Origin: Octopus sinensis
Lineage: Eukaryota
Assembly (NCBI RefSeq): GCF_006345805.1
Contig: NC_043024.1
Span: forward strand, 14,384,001 to 14,448,000
Direction of reading: 5' to 3'
Length of the DNA stretch: 64,000 bases
Part shown: positions 62,869 to 64,000 of the stretch, in pieces
Layout: each line of letters starts with the position of its first letter
How positions within the stretch are numbered: position 1 is the first letter of the stretch
Translations under genes and position numbers: made by a program
The notes under the pieces: model-generated
Database searches by the model: none
What the model saw: only the letters and a program-made list of their open reading frames with translations
Told to the model about the DNA's origin: nothing

Positions 62869-64000
62869 AGCCCCAGGCCCATCAGGAATTACTGCAGAGA
62901 TGCTCAAAATATCTGGCAGTGTCGGCTATAACCTAGTCACCCGTATAGTCAACCAGGTGATACACGAAGGAGTCATACCCAATGACTGGTGTAGCAGCAT
63001 ACTAGTCAACTGCTACAAAGGTAAAGGTGATGCCCTGGATACAAATAATTACAGAGGTATCAAGCTGTTGGATCAGGTAATGAAGGTTACGGAGAGGGTC
63101 TTAGCCCAACTAATTAGAGAGAGAGTTAGTTTAGATGAGATGCAGTTTGGGTTTGTCCCAGGGAAAAGCACCATGATGCTATATTCCTGGTAAGGCAGCT
63201 GCAGGAGAAATACCTAGCCAAGGATAAGCCCCTGTACCTGGCTTTGTTGACATGGAGAAAGCCTTTGATAGGGTCCCCCGATCCCTCATCTGGTGGTCAA
63301 TGAGGGAACTAGGGATAGATGAATGGCTGGTGAGGGCTGTGCAAGCCATGTACAGAGATGCCGTAAGTAAGGTTAGAGTTGGCAACATGTACACAGAAGA
63401 ATTCAAAGTAGAGGTTGGGGTCCACCAGGGTTCAGTACTCAGCCCCCTCCTATTTATCATAGTCCTCCAGGCAATAACGGAGGAATTCAAGACCGGTTGC
63501 CCCTGGGAGCTCCTCTATGCTGACGACCTCGCTCTAATCGCTGAGTCACTATCAGAACTGGAGGAGAAGTTCCAGGTGTGGAAGGAGGGTTTAGAATCGA
63601 GGGGCCTTAGAGTCAACCTAGCTAAAACCAAAGTACTAATAAGTAGAAAGGTAGAAAACCCACAAATATCATCAGGAAGATGGCCCTGCTCGATCTGTAG
63701 AAAAGGTGTAGGTAGAGAAACTCTATAAGATGTACCCAGTGTAAGCTATGGACACATAAGAGGTGCAGCAATGTCAAAGGTAGGCTAACTGGGAAGATAG
63801 TTTTTGTATGTGGCAGGTGCTCTGGAGCACAGACCTCCGAAAATCTGCAGAAAACAACTTCTGTCACTTTCGGGGGGAAAAACTAGAAGTAGTTGATAGT
63901 TTCCGCTATCTAGGTGACCAAGTCAGTAGTGGGGGTGGGTGCGCTGAAAGTGTAACTGCTAGAATAAGAATAGCCTGGGCAAAGTTTAGGGAGCTCTTAC
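62869..64000 (+). mobile_element. RTE-clade LINE reverse transcriptase (frameshifted, runs off the window)
   Basis: KAPGPSGITAEMLK, MEKAFDRVP, GVHQGSVLSPLLF, LLYADD motifs. Confidence 0.92.

Overview
AT-rich, repeat-dense eukaryotic DNA. The SINE/RTE/microsatellite repertoire matches what I recall from Octopus (cephalopod) genomes; this assignment is from recognition, not a search. One + strand protein-coding gene fragment, which the ORF track misses, runs through almost the whole window. It starts with 17 tandem symmetric phase-1 microexons (16 x 42 nt, 1 x 33 nt; 4854-54353). Each sits in its own duplicated intron cassette and encodes a Ser/Thr/Pro-rich 14-mer (consensus ASSTVPPYSASIPT, 235 codons in total). 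These splice in frame into two tandem two-exon discoidin/F5-8C-like domains (55466-59475) and then a further 36-nt S/T/P microexon (61388-61423). Start and stop codons are not in the window. The introns are filled with three tRNA-derived SINE families (one forms a 9-unit concatemer inside a single TSD), RTE, Tx1-like and CR1-like LINE fragments, mariner, Helitron, hAT, Merlin-like and piggyBac-like MITEs, and Penelope-type terminal repeats carrying minimal hammerhead ribozyme motifs. Coordinates were counted by hand; TE boundaries are approximate unless a TSD is quoted.
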